From an uncultured delta proteobacterium (GTDB lineage: Bacteria; Myxococcota_A; Polyangia; Polyangiales; Polyangiaceae), in NCBI GenBank assembly GCA_963850305.1, contig CAWKKR010000007.1:320001-384000 (forward strand): DNA of 64,000 bases. Direction: 5' to 3'. The translations under genes were made by a program, and so were the position numbers. Positions 40,729-50,802 of this stretch are shown here, one piece after another (the first letter of the stretch is position 1; every line of letters starts with the position of its first letter). Below the pieces are notes generated by a model. That model saw nothing but the letters and a program-made list of their open reading frames with translations, made no database searches and had not been told where the DNA came from.

Positions 40729-42309
40729 ATGACATCGTCCCACAAGCCAACCCTCTGGACGCCCGGAGATTGGAACGCCTTCTTCGGTTTCGGAACCAAC
40801 ATTCTCGTCAATCTCCTCGTCTTGAGCGGGCTCCTGCGCTTCGTGCTCAAGATGCCCGACGAGCTCGTTTTCCGCCGGATCTTGCCGGCGACGGGGCTGA
40901 TGCTCTGCATGAGCACGCTCTATTACGCGTGGCTCGCGTACCGGCTGGCGAAGGCGACCGGGCGCACCGACGTGTGCGCGTTGCCGTCCGGAATCAGCGT
41001 GCCGCACATGTTCGTGGTGACATTCGTCATCATGCTGCCGATCGCCTCTAAGACGGGCGATCCCGTCAAGGGCTGGGAAGCCGGCCTGACGTGGGTGTTC
41101 ATCCAGAGCTTCGTGCTCATGGCCGGCGGGTTCATCGCGCCGATCATTCGCAAGATCACGCCGCGCGCGGCCCTGCTGGGGACGCTGGCCGGCGTTTCGA
41201 TCGCGTTCATATCCATGCGGCCCGCCCTCGAGATGTACATGACGCCGTTCATCGGCGTCATCTGCTTCGCCGTCATCCTGTCCAGCTGGTTCGGTGGCGT
41301 CCGGTACTTCAAGGGGACCCCCGCCGGTCTCGTCGCGATCGCCGTGGGGACGATCATCGCGTGGGGCTCGACGGCGGTGGGGCATCCGATGGGGGGGCTC
41401 TCCGCCGCGAAGCTCGGCGAATCCGTGGCCAATTTCGGGTTCGCGATGCCGGTGCCCGCCTTCGGTCATGTCTTCTCGGGCTTCCAGTTTCTCGGCGTGA
41501 TCCTGGTCACGGCGATCCCGTTCGGCATCTACGATCTCGTCGAAGCCATCGACAACGTCGAGAGCGCGTCCGTTGCCGGCGACAGCTTCCCGACGACGCG
41601 TGTGCTCACCGCCGACGGCGTCGTGAGCCTGGTGGGGTGTCTGATGGGGAACCCGTTCATCAATGCCGTCTACATCGGTCACCCCGGGTGGAAGGCGATG
41701 GGGGGACGCATCGGGTACTCGGCCGCAACGGGGATCACGGTCCTGCTCCTTTCATGGCTCGGCGTGCTCTCCGTCATGGTCGCGCTCATTCCCGTCGTCG
41801 CGATATCCCCGATCCTTCTTTACATTGGCATGTTGATCGGCGCGCAGGCGTTCCAGGAGACTCCGAAGAAGCACGCTCCCGCGATCATCCTGGCTCTCAC
41901 CCCGCACCTGGCTGCCTGGGGGAAGCTCCAGATCGACAACGCCCTTGGCGCGGCGGGAACGAACGCGCACGCCGTCGGTATCGACAAGCTGGCTCAAACC
42001 GGCGTGCTCTACGACGGTCTGTCGGTCCTCGGGGGCGGCTCGATTCTGGCGGGGCTCATCCTCGGCGCCATCGGTGCGTTCGTGATCGACCGCGAATTCG
42101 CGAAGGCCGCCGCGTTTGCCCTCGCAGGCGGCGTGCTCACGTTCTTCGGTTTCATGCACGGGGAGGCGATCGGCGTCGGGCAAACGCCCCTTGTCGCGAT
42201 GAGCTATCTCGCCGTCGCGGTCTTCCTGTTCGCATGCGGCAAGTTTGCCGTGGTGACGGAACTGGTGTCGATGCGCCATGAGGAAGGAGCTCCAGCCCCC
42301 GCGGAATGA
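40729..42309 (+). CDS. Polytopic permease (NCS2/AzgA-like), probable ureide transporter
   Basis: Many TM helices; GDWNAFFG, ALPSGIS, NVESASVAGD and YIGHPGWKAMGGRIGYS; directly follows the trtA-like gene (alternative TTG start at 40687 overlaps its stop). Confidence 0.8.
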   Translation: MTSSHKPTLWTPGDWNAFFGFGTNILVNLLVLSGLLRFVLKMPDELVFRRILPATGLMLCMSTLYYAWLAYRLAKATGRTDVCALPSGISVPHMFVVTFVIMLPIASKTGDPVKGWEAGLTWVFIQSFVLMAGGFIAPIIRKITPRAALLGTLAGVSIAFISMRPALEMYMTPFIGVICFAVILSSWFGGVRYFKGTPAGLVAIAVGTIIAWGSTAVGHPMGGLSAAKLGESVANFGFAMPVPAFGHVFSGFQFLGVILVTAIPFGIYDLVEAIDNVESASVAGDSFPTTRVLTADGVVSLVGCLMGNPFINAVYIGHPGWKAMGGRIGYSAATGITVLLLSWLGVLSVMVALIPVVAISPILLYIGMLIGAQAFQETPKKHAPAIILALTPHLAAWGKLQIDNALGAAGTNAHAVGIDKLAQTGVLYDGLSVLGGGSILAGLILGAIGAFVIDREFAKAAAFALAGGVLTFFGFMHGEAIGVGQTPLVAMSYLAVAVFLFACGKFAVVTELVSMRHEEGAPAPAE

Positions 42310-42360
42310 CGCGACGGGTCCTGTCGAGTCACCGTGCGTCTCGCGCGCCAGACTCCGGCA

Positions 42361-42996
42361 CTAACCGATCTCGACCTCGAACTGCTCGAGGGTGACGCCG
42401 AACGGGCCCGCGTCGATGAGCGTGCCGTGCGCGACGCCGCCGCTCGGCGCTTCTCCGACGGAGCCGACGTTCACGATGTGAACGCCATCGAGCTGGCGAT
42501 GAAAGGGGACGTGGGACCCTCCGCACACGATGAGATCCGCGGGGTCGTCGCCCACGAGGGCGAGCAATTCGTCATCGGTCATGTCGGCGGTGAAAGGTTC
42601 GGTCGGATCCATGGGCGAGCCGTGAACGACGACCATCTCTTCGCCGTTCTCGAGGGGCAGCCGCACGGTCGGCGGGAGCTTGCCCAGGCGAGCCACGATG
42701 AGCTCTCCCAAGCGCTGCTTTGCGGCGACGAGCTGCTCCAGCCGCGCGCGCTGGTCGGGTGTTGCTGGCACGAGTTTCGCTGGATTGACGCTCGCGACGG
42801 CCCGGTCGGACAGGCCCTGAGCGCACACCGCGCGATATTCGAGCAGCGTGTGCCACGTCTCGAGCGGCTCGGGGCCAGGGAACACCAGATCTCCGCACAC
42901 GACCACCGCCTGAAAGTCGCGGGTCTTCCCCTCCGCGAGGATCGCTCTCAGCGCGCGAGCGTGTCCGTGGATGTCGGAGAGACAGAGGAATCGCAT
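42361..42996 (-). CDS. Metallophosphoesterase (YfcE/calcineurin-like)
   Basis: LSDIHG, CGDLV, VHGSP, SHVPF and NVGSVG; the usual GNxD is replaced by GLSD. Confidence 0.85.
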   Translation of the reverse strand: MRFLCLSDIHGHARALRAILAEGKTRDFQAVVVCGDLVFPGPEPLETWHTLLEYRAVCAQGLSDRAVASVNPAKLVPATPDQRARLEQLVAAKQRLGELIVARLGKLPPTVRLPLENGEEMVVVHGSPMDPTEPFTADMTDDELLALVGDDPADLIVCGGSHVPFHRQLDGVHIVNVGSVGEAPSGGVAHGTLIDAGPFGVTLEQFEVEIG

Positions 42997-44252
42997 CAGC
43001 CTGCGGTCGATCTACCATGAACGCGAGAGTCCTCGCCCGGGGATCCTCCTGCGCTTCGCGGGCTCGAACTCGACGGTCTTGCCGGAGGGAGACGGCGCGG
43101 CGGGATCGCGACCGGCGCGTTGGCGAGGCTCGGAACGGCGTGGCCCGAGAGCGGGATGCGGTAGCTCTTCTTCGCCTGAATCACGGTCGAATGAAGTCCG
43201 TTGGCTCGTCGGAGGACGCGAACCGTCGTGTGATAGCGCCTCGCGAGCTGCGCCAGCGTTTCCCCCTTCCTTGCGATGTGCGTCGCGTACGCCGCACCCA
43301 CGCGAATGAGTCCGCGCCGCAGGAGCGCCGCGTGCACTCTCCGGCCCGTCTCCTGAGCGATCGGATTGTAGAAGCGGATGTGCATGTGGGTTGCGTGGCC
43401 AGGCGCGTGTCGGATGAGCGGCGGCAGGTTCCCTCTGCCGCGGAACAGAGTGTCGAGCCAGCCCGGGTCTTCGCCGATGCGCTCGGCCTCCGCCCGAAGC
43501 AGCGTTTGCAGCGAACGATCGATCAAGAGGAGTTCCACGTCCGTCTGTGTCACGAGCGCGCGGACGAACGCCCAGGTTCGCGCGACGTCGAGGTTCTCCG
43601 CGTTCGCTCGCTCGTACCAGTGACCGCCGCCCAGATAGTAGTAGCTGATGTCGACGTCGCGCCCGGCTTGATGACTGACGTGCGGACTCAGATGCCCCCC
43701 GTTCTTCGAGCTGATAGCTCCGATCTCGAGCTTCGGCGAATCCGGGAACTCCGCCGTGACCGCGTGGATGGCCGTCTCCAGGTAATGCACCGTCTCCTCC
43801 GTTGCCCACGCCTCATCGGGGCTGACGACGTCCCACGCGTCGCCGGGTGGCATTCGCACGCCATTGAAGAGAAGCCCCGCGTTCGTCTTGCCGATCGACA
43901 TCGAACCGAGCGACTTCGGGTCCGAAAGGAGCCGGCGATCGAGCTCGGCGTCGCTGACGCCGTCCAGGGGGCTCGGGTGCACCGTGGCGTCGGGCGGCGG
44001 CGCGACGTCCAGGGAATCTTCGGGCGGCTCGCTCTCGTCCTCGCTTGCCGTTTCTAACGCTTCGCCGCCGCTGTCGCTCGCCGCGGTAGCTTCCGCCGCC
44101 GGGGTCGGCCGAGCGCGCGGGACGGTGTGAGGCTCGGTCGCGGGCACTGGTTTCGCCGCATTTGACGCGAGCGGTCGTGAACCCGGCACGCAGCCTGTCA
44201 TGGCGGGCGCGACCGCCAGAACCGCGGTGACGAACGGTCGTCGCCAAAGCAT
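42996..44252 (-). CDS. Penicillin-insensitive murein endopeptidase (MepA-like) lipoprotein with a LysM domain
   Basis: GGHLSPHVSHQAGRDVDI and HATHMHIR Zn motifs; LysM segment HIARKGETLAQLARRY...LRRANGL. Confidence 0.88.
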   Translation of the reverse strand: MLWRRPFVTAVLAVAPAMTGCVPGSRPLASNAAKPVPATEPHTVPRARPTPAAEATAASDSGGEALETASEDESEPPEDSLDVAPPPDATVHPSPLDGVSDAELDRRLLSDPKSLGSMSIGKTNAGLLFNGVRMPPGDAWDVVSPDEAWATEETVHYLETAIHAVTAEFPDSPKLEIGAISSKNGGHLSPHVSHQAGRDVDISYYYLGGGHWYERANAENLDVARTWAFVRALVTQTDVELLLIDRSLQTLLRAEAERIGEDPGWLDTLFRGRGNLPPLIRHAPGHATHMHIRFYNPIAQETGRRVHAALLRRGLIRVGAAYATHIARKGETLAQLARRYHTTVRVLRRANGLHSTVIQAKKSYRIPLSGHAVPSLANAPVAIPPRRLPPARPSSSSPRSAGGSPGEDSRVHGRSTAG

Positions 44253-44324
44253 CTCGACGCCACGATGCCATCGTTTCGGCGGATTCGCCAAACCCGGGTG
44301 GCATGGTATGCGGGCCCCCCACCG

Positions 44325-47249
44325 ATGCGCGCCCGTCCTCAGGATACCGACAGCCCCGTCGCTCTTGCGCGCGCCATCGACCCAGCTCGCGCGGCCGAGC
44401 TCGAGCGCGACCTCGGCACCGGGGACGGGCGGGGTCTCGGTGTGTTGCTCGGCACCGCCTTCCCCGCGCTGCGGCCGGGTCACGGCTGGCAGCTCGAGGC
44501 GCTCGATCGACTGGCGCGGCGCAGCCTGCGATCCCGTCGGAGTCGCGAATTTCTGGCGAGCCGTCTCCTCCGGCGGATTGGCGGTATCGACGACCATGAA
44601 CGGGTGAAGACGGGGCTGCGCCGCGGCACCTGGGCGCTCCGCGCCCGCGTCGCGTTACGTGAAGTCCTGCCGCGCTCCCTCGGCGGCACGACGGTGGACG
44701 TGACGGCTCGCGAGCTCAGCTTCATCGCGGAAGCGGGCCTCGAGATCGCCCTCGCCGAAGCCATCCAACACGTCACGGCCCGCTTCGGGGAACCTCGTCG
44801 CGCTTCCGGCGAACCGTCGAGCGTCGTCGTGTTCGGGCTCGGTAAGCTCGGCGGCATCGAGCTCAACACCGGCTCCGACGTGGACGTCGTACTCGTTTAC
44901 GACACGGACGACGGCGCCGCCGGCGATGTGACGCTGCACGAATTCTGGACGCACGTCGCGCGCCGCACGGTCGCGACTATCGAGGCCCCGACGGAAGACG
45001 GCTTCGTCTGGCGCGTCGATCTGCGACTGAGACCGGAAGGGTCGCAAGGGCCGCTCGTCTATTCGTGGGCCGCCGCGGATCGCTATTACGAAACGTGGGG
45101 ACGTCTGTGGGAGCGCGCTGCTTTTCTTCGCGCGCGTCCGGTCGCCGGCAATCTGGCGCTCGGCGACGCCATCTGGCGCGAGACTCTCGTGCCGTTCGTT
45201 TACCGGCGCCACGTGGATCCGTCCCTCGCCACGCTCCTCGTCGAACTCGTGCAGCGTTCGCGAACGGAGCTTCGTGTCGAGGCGACTCGCAACCTCAAGC
45301 TTTGCGCCGGAGGCATCCGGGAGGCGGAGTTTTTCGTCCAGGCTCTCCAGTTGATCTGGGGCGGACGTGAACCGAGCGTTCGCGTCCCGGGAACGCTCGC
45401 CGCTCTGCAGAGATTGCAAGGCAAGGGCCTCGTCACCGATCGCGAAGCGCGGGACATCGGCGACGCGTACGTCCTTCTGCGCCGCACCGAGCACGCGATC
45501 CAGTGGCGAACCGGAGTCCAGACCCACGACCTTCCCGAGGACCACGCGGAGCTCGACATTCTGTCTCGCATCCTCGGTTTCTCGAGCGAGAGCTCGTTCG
45601 TGGACGCGCTCTCCGTTGCCCGAGGCAAGGTGGCGGAACGGCTCAAATCGTTGCTGCCCGAGACTCCGCGTAGCCCCCAGCGGTACACGGTCCTGCTGGC
45701 GGAGCTCGAGCAGCCCACCGGCGCGCTATCGGCCGCCGTCGAAGAGCAGTTCGGCGACGCGGACGTCTCCGAGCACTTGCTTCGCCTCGCGCAGCGGCCG
45801 GACGGGTTGCTCGGCTCGGTCACGCGTGATCGCTACCCGGGCTTCGTGGACCGCCTGCTCGAGGCCGTTCGAACCTCTTCCGACCCGGAGCAGGCGGCGC
45901 GCTACCTGCGCTCCTTCTTCGAGCGATTCTCGTCTCCCGACACATACTTCGCCGTGCTCGCGGACGAGCCGCAGGCCGTCCGCAGACTCGTCACCGTCCT
46001 CGGCGCCAGTGCGTTCGTGGGGGAAGCGATAGCGGCGCGACCGGATCTCGCCGACGTCGCGCTCTTCGGAGACGGCGCGGTTTCAGTCGCCGACGCTCAT
46101 CTGGCCGTACGCCAGGAGATCGCGGCCCTCGTCGACGAGCCGTTGCAAGAGCCGCACGAACGCCGTGAGGCGTTCATCGGTGCGCTCCGGCGCGCGCAGC
46201 GACGCATCACCATCGAGGTGGCTATCGCCGACCTCGCGGGCCAGCTCGACACGCGCGAGGCCACCCGTGTCCTCTCCGCGCTCGCCGATCAGATCCTCGA
46301 GAGCGCCGTCGAATACGAAATGGGCCCGAGGCCCCGGGGACTCGCGGTCATCGCAGTCGGCAAGCTGGGGGGCGGCGACATCGGCTACGGCTCGGACCTC
46401 GACGTGATCTTCATTTACGATCCGGCCTCGAGCCCCGAGGGCCAGCACGCGCTCGACTACTTCTCGCAACTCGCCCAGCGCATCATCCGCCTCGTCACGG
46501 AGCCGCACACGGTCGGCGCGGGTTACGATCTGGACACGCGGCTCCGGCCTTCCGGCTCCCAGGGGCTCCTCGTCACGTCGCTCGCGTCGTTCGCGCGGTA
46601 CCACGGCGTGCCCCTCGAAGACGCCTCCGATCCCGATCGGCTCACCGTTTCCTCCTCAGGCGCGGCGTGGGAGCGGCAGGCGCTCCTTCGCGCGCGCGTC
46701 GCCGCCGGTGACGAAGCGCTGGGTACGCGAGTCCTTCGCGTCGCTCACGCCGCCGCCTACGAGCGGGGCGCCGCGCCCGCGGAAGAGGTGCACCGCATGC
46801 GTCTGCGCATGGAGCAAGAGCTCGGGCGCGAGCGCGCGGGGCGCTGGGACCTGAAGACGGGTCGCGGCGGACTTCTCGACGTCGAGTTTGCGACTCAGTG
46901 GCTCCAGATGCGACACGGAATCGATGTCCGGGTCCGCACGCCGGACGTCCTCGCCGCTCTTCACTCGCTCCGCGAAGCGGGGTACCTGTCGCGTTCGCCG
47001 TTCGAGGCTCTCCGGGACGGATACCTGTTTCTCCGGCGGCTGGAGCAGCGGATCCGGATCGTCCACGGTACCGGCTCCATGATCCTCGACGCGGGCGGAC
47101 CGGGCCTTTCTAAGCTTGCCCGGCGGATGGGGTTCCGGGACACCGAAGCGGAAGGGGACGCCCTCCTCGACGAGTACGCGGGAATCACCCGCGGCATTCG
47201 AGCGGCTTACCTGCGCGTGCTCGGGATCGAGGGTGCTGGCCAGTCGTGA
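44325..47249 (+). CDS. glnE: Bifunctional glutamine synthetase adenylyltransferase/adenylyl-removing enzyme
   Basis: Two NTase halves: GKLGGIELNTGSDVD / VDLRLRPEG and GKLGGGDIGYGSDLD / DTRLRPSG; also LKTGRGGLLDVEF. Confidence 0.95.
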   Translation: MRARPQDTDSPVALARAIDPARAAELERDLGTGDGRGLGVLLGTAFPALRPGHGWQLEALDRLARRSLRSRRSREFLASRLLRRIGGIDDHERVKTGLRRGTWALRARVALREVLPRSLGGTTVDVTARELSFIAEAGLEIALAEAIQHVTARFGEPRRASGEPSSVVVFGLGKLGGIELNTGSDVDVVLVYDTDDGAAGDVTLHEFWTHVARRTVATIEAPTEDGFVWRVDLRLRPEGSQGPLVYSWAAADRYYETWGRLWERAAFLRARPVAGNLALGDAIWRETLVPFVYRRHVDPSLATLLVELVQRSRTELRVEATRNLKLCAGGIREAEFFVQALQLIWGGREPSVRVPGTLAALQRLQGKGLVTDREARDIGDAYVLLRRTEHAIQWRTGVQTHDLPEDHAELDILSRILGFSSESSFVDALSVARGKVAERLKSLLPETPRSPQRYTVLLAELEQPTGALSAAVEEQFGDADVSEHLLRLAQRPDGLLGSVTRDRYPGFVDRLLEAVRTSSDPEQAARYLRSFFERFSSPDTYFAVLADEPQAVRRLVTVLGASAFVGEAIAARPDLADVALFGDGAVSVADAHLAVRQEIAALVDEPLQEPHERREAFIGALRRAQRRITIEVAIADLAGQLDTREATRVLSALADQILESAVEYEMGPRPRGLAVIAVGKLGGGDIGYGSDLDVIFIYDPASSPEGQHALDYFSQLAQRIIRLVTEPHTVGAGYDLDTRLRPSGSQGLLVTSLASFARYHGVPLEDASDPDRLTVSSSGAAWERQALLRARVAAGDEALGTRVLRVAHAAAYERGAAPAEEVHRMRLRMEQELGRERAGRWDLKTGRGGLLDVEFATQWLQMRHGIDVRVRTPDVLAALHSLREAGYLSRSPFEALRDGYLFLRRLEQRIRIVHGTGSMILDAGGPGLSKLARRMGFRDTEAEGDALLDEYAGITRGIRAAYLRVLGIEGAGQS

Positions 47250-47264
47250 TACCGTTCGAATCCG

Positions 47265-48248
47265 ATGTTCGAGCGCCCGCGACGCAATCGCGTCAATGAG
47301 GCCGTCCGAGGGCTCGTCCGCGAGACGAGCTTGACGGCTTCGCATCTGATCTGGCCGACCTTCGTGCACGAGGGTCGGAACCGGGAAACGCCGATTTCCT
47401 CGATGCCCGGCCAGTCCCGGCTCACGATCGATCTACTCGTCGAGAGAGCAAAGGCGGCGCGCGACGTCGGAGTCCCCGGGGTCGCGCTGTTTCCCGCGCT
47501 CGAGGACGCGCTGAAGGATCCCCGCGGCCGCGAGAGCATGAATCCGAGTGGACTCTTGCAGCGGGCCGTGGCGGCGCTGAAGGAGCAGGTGCCGGGGTTG
47601 CTCGTCGTCACCGACGTGGCGCTCGATCCGTACAGCTCGGACGGCCACGATGGAGTCGTCATCGACGGGCGCATCGACAACGAAGCGACGGTGCCGATCC
47701 TCGCCGCGATGTCCGTCGCGCAGGCACGCGCCGGCGCCGATCTCGTCGCGCCGAGCGACATGATGGACGGCCGTGTCGGCGCCATCCGCGCCGCCCTCGA
47801 CGAGGCCGGGTTCGCGAACGTCGGCATCTGCAGCTACTGCGCGAAGTACGCCTCGTCGTTCTACGGACCCTTTCGCGAGGCTCTCGATTCCGCGCCGAAG
47901 AGCGGCGACAAGAAGACGTACCAGATGGACCCCGCGAACGTGCGCGAAGCCCTGCGCGAGGTGCGCCTCGACGAGGCCGAGGGGGCCGACTGGCTCATGG
48001 TGAAGCCGGGTCTTCCGTACCTCGACGTCGTGCGCTTCGTGCGCGAACACACGAATTTACCCGTCGCCGCGTATCACGTGAGCGGCGAGTACGCGATGCT
48101 CAAGGCCGCCGCGAAAAATGGCTGGCTCGACTACGACCGATGCCTCCTCGAGAGCCTCCTGTCGCTCCGCCGGGCTGGCGCGGACGTGATCTTCACCTAC
48201 GGCGCCGTGGAGGCTGCGCGGCTGCTCGCGGGCGGCAAAGCCGGCTGA
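47265..48248 (+). CDS. hemB: Porphobilinogen synthase
   Basis: DVALDPYSSDGHDG (Asp-type metal site), APSDMMDGR, KYASSFYGPFR, YQMDP, MVKPG and HVSGEY. Confidence 0.97.
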   Translation: MFERPRRNRVNEAVRGLVRETSLTASHLIWPTFVHEGRNRETPISSMPGQSRLTIDLLVERAKAARDVGVPGVALFPALEDALKDPRGRESMNPSGLLQRAVAALKEQVPGLLVVTDVALDPYSSDGHDGVVIDGRIDNEATVPILAAMSVAQARAGADLVAPSDMMDGRVGAIRAALDEAGFANVGICSYCAKYASSFYGPFREALDSAPKSGDKKTYQMDPANVREALREVRLDEAEGADWLMVKPGLPYLDVVRFVREHTNLPVAAYHVSGEYAMLKAAAKNGWLDYDRCLLESLLSLRRAGADVIFTYGAVEAARLLAGGKAG

Positions 48249-48268
48249 GCGAGGGTCGAGGCGGTTCG

Positions 48269-49096
48269 TCACTGCCCCGTCTCGAGGCGCGGCCCTTTCG
48301 CGAGATACGCGTTCAGCTCGACGCCCAGGAGCAGCGCGGTGCAGCAGAGCCAGAGCCAGATCAGAAAGACGGCGACGGCTGCGAGGCTTCCGTAGAAGAC
48401 GGAGTAACGGGCCAGCGATTTCGCATACACGGTGAAGCAGTACGAAGCCGCCATTCCGATGATGACCGTCGCGGCGGCGCCGGGAAGGATCACGGGGTTC
48501 TTCTCCCGGTGTCGAACGGCGACCCGGAAGAACGCCGCGACGACGATCCACGCGGCGAAGCTGCCTGCGGTCACGGTGACGAACCGGGGCACTATCTTCT
48601 GACCCCGCTCCGCGACGGTGAAGACGAAGGCGAGCGGACCTCCGGCGAGGAGCACGATGCCGAAGCCCGCCGCGACCAGGAGCGCGAGCAGCGCGATCAC
48701 GCATCCGAGCGCGATCAGCCTCTTCCGGACCCAGGAACGCCGTTCGACACCGAGGGCGATCTCGAACGCCGTCATCGCAGACTGAAACGCCGTGGCGCCG
48801 AGCCACAGCGAGCCGCCGAGAAACGCAGGGGCGACGGTGTGACTCCTGCCGCGCGTCATGTGGCGGTCGACGAGCGAATGAACCTCGTCCGGCGTGACGT
48901 CGAGCGTCGACGAGAGCATGGCGAGGACTCGAGGCTCGCCGCGGAGAACCCACGCCATGAGCATTCCGACCAGCCCCAGCAGGGGAATGCTCGCGAGAAA
49001 GAGCGAGAAGGCCATGGCGCTGGCGTCGACCAGCGCGTCTCGCTCCCACATCGCGCCGATCACGGCCTTCGCGGCGCGTCCCCACTCTGCCGCCAT
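48269..49096 (-). CDS. YihY/virulence factor BrkB family membrane protein
   Basis: ASAMAFSLFLASIP and YGSLAAVAVFLIWLW...LLGVELNA. Confidence 0.88.
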   Translation of the reverse strand: MAAEWGRAAKAVIGAMWERDALVDASAMAFSLFLASIPLLGLVGMLMAWVLRGEPRVLAMLSSTLDVTPDEVHSLVDRHMTRGRSHTVAPAFLGGSLWLGATAFQSAMTAFEIALGVERRSWVRKRLIALGCVIALLALLVAAGFGIVLLAGGPLAFVFTVAERGQKIVPRFVTVTAGSFAAWIVVAAFFRVAVRHREKNPVILPGAAATVIIGMAASYCFTVYAKSLARYSVFYGSLAAVAVFLIWLWLCCTALLLGVELNAYLAKGPRLETGQ

Positions 49097-49222
49097 CCGT
49101 CTTGGAGCGGGCCCCAAATTCACTCCCGATATATTACCGGCTCGGCGTGCACTCCGGTCGAAACTTTCGGCCCCGACTTTTTGTGGACCCTCGCGGCTGA
49201 AGTCGCCGTAGTCTGAGCGGCC

Positions 49223-50026
49223 ATGAGGCGAAATGATTCGGCGCTCGCGCGCTGGTGCGTCCTGGTCTGTCTGTGCGGCGTCGCGTGCGACGAGAAGACT
49301 CCGGCTCCGGCTCCCACGGCGCCGTCCGTCGCGCCAGCGGCCGTGCCGGCACCCGCGCCGGTGAAGGAAGTCGCGCCCATCGAGCCGGAAGCGCCGGTGA
49401 AGAAGAAGGATCCGAAATCCTGCAAGGCGGGCAATGTCGTCGACTTTGACGGCGACGCGGCGCTCGAAGCTCAGGTTCGGTTGAAAGCCGGCAAGCCAGA
49501 GGGCGAGATCACGCTCGCGGACCTCGCGAAGGTCCGGTCGCTCAATCTTTCTCAGGTGAAGATCGACGCACTCGACCCGTGCATCTACCCCCACTTCACT
49601 TCGCTGAAGGATCTGTTCCTCGGCGCGGGCCGGCTCGACGATCTGTCGCCGATTGCGGGTCTCAAGAATCTCGAGGCGCTCCGCGCATCGCTCAACCACG
49701 TGTCGGATCTGACGCCCCTGTCGAAACTGACGAAGATGGATCGGCTCGATCTCGGCCACACGCGCGTGACCGATCTCTCGCCGCTCTCGAACCTGGTCTC
49801 CATGACGGAGCTCGAGCTCGACGACACCCAGGTCTCGGACCTCAAACCCCTCTCCGTGTGCACGAAGCTCGAGCGGCTCAGCATCCAGCGGACCAACGTT
49901 AAGGATCTGACCCCCCTGAAGCCGCTCACCGACCTCAAGTTCCTCTACACTAGCGGCGCGCAGATAGACGACACCTCGCCGCTCGCCGCGCTCGTGAGCC
50001 ACGGCCTCAAGATCATCGATCAGTAA
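49223..50026 (+). CDS. Internalin-like leucine-rich repeat lipoprotein
   Basis: Lipobox GVAC; about 7 LRRs of 22 aa (DLSPLxxLxxLxxLxL). Confidence 0.9.
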   Translation: MRRNDSALARWCVLVCLCGVACDEKTPAPAPTAPSVAPAAVPAPAPVKEVAPIEPEAPVKKKDPKSCKAGNVVDFDGDAALEAQVRLKAGKPEGEITLADLAKVRSLNLSQVKIDALDPCIYPHFTSLKDLFLGAGRLDDLSPIAGLKNLEALRASLNHVSDLTPLSKLTKMDRLDLGHTRVTDLSPLSNLVSMTELELDDTQVSDLKPLSVCTKLERLSIQRTNVKDLTPLKPLTDLKFLYTSGAQIDDTSPLAALVSHGLKIIDQ

Positions 50027-50041
50027 TGCCCCCCGTCGTTT

Positions 50042-50599
50042 CTAGAGCCCGAGGAATTCGAAGAACTCGCTGGCCGTCTGGGCGGCGCGGCCGCTCCGCT
50101 TGCGGCGCGTCTGCTCGCGGTTCCACTCCGCGACCTTCTCGTTGTACCGGGCGTGCGCGGCTTGATAACTCTCGTCGAGCTCGCGTAGCTCGTCCACGTC
50201 GTTGTCGCCGTCGAGCTCGTAGGGACACTCGGTCGCTTCGACGATCTTGAGGCGCCGGAGCTTCCCCTGCTTCGTGAACTCGGGGTCGAACGGGTAGACA
50301 CGGCAGCCGAGCGGCCGGCTCGAGTAGATCGAGCAGCGGTTGTCCTCGCCCAGATACCGGCACGCGCCGCCCGAGTGCCGGAGCACCATGACGCGCTTGC
50401 CCTGTCGGAGCGTCGCGAACGCCTCGGGCTCGTCATCCATATCGATTCCGTGACGATCCGCCCAGCGGACGATGTCCTTTGCGCCGTCTCCCGTTCGCGC
50501 CGAGATCCGGCGGACGTCGTCGGGCGTCAGAGGAAGGAGCGGGTCCTTGCAGCAGTTCCCGCACCCGGTACACCGGAACTTGAGAAATGTGAAAGCCAT
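50042..50599 (-). CDS. YkgJ/CxxCxxCC family cysteine-cluster protein
   Basis: FRCTGCGNCC, CRYL and CSIYSSRPLGCRVYPF. Confidence 0.92.
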   Translation of the reverse strand: MAFTFLKFRCTGCGNCCKDPLLPLTPDDVRRISARTGDGAKDIVRWADRHGIDMDDEPEAFATLRQGKRVMVLRHSGGACRYLGEDNRCSIYSSRPLGCRVYPFDPEFTKQGKLRRLKIVEATECPYELDGDNDVDELRELDESYQAAHARYNEKVAEWNREQTRRKRSGRAAQTASEFFEFLGL

Positions 50600-50802
50600 G
50601 GCCGCCGCTGCCCGCCCGCATAGCAGGGCTCCATGCCGAAAGGGAGGGAATTGCGTTACCTTGTGAGCAAGAGCGACAGTTGAGTCGTCGTATCTACCAA
50701 AGGTTCGTGACGCTCGATGGCTGCGATTCTCGTCTTCGCGTCGTCGTCATGCGCCGGGCACGGAAGCCCGTGACGCTGGTCGTTGCAGTGTCCGTGGCGC
50801 AC

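Noticed and set aside
49097..50002. 577-aa extended YihY in the ORF track
   Set aside because: The extension is the antisense of the LRR lipoprotein.
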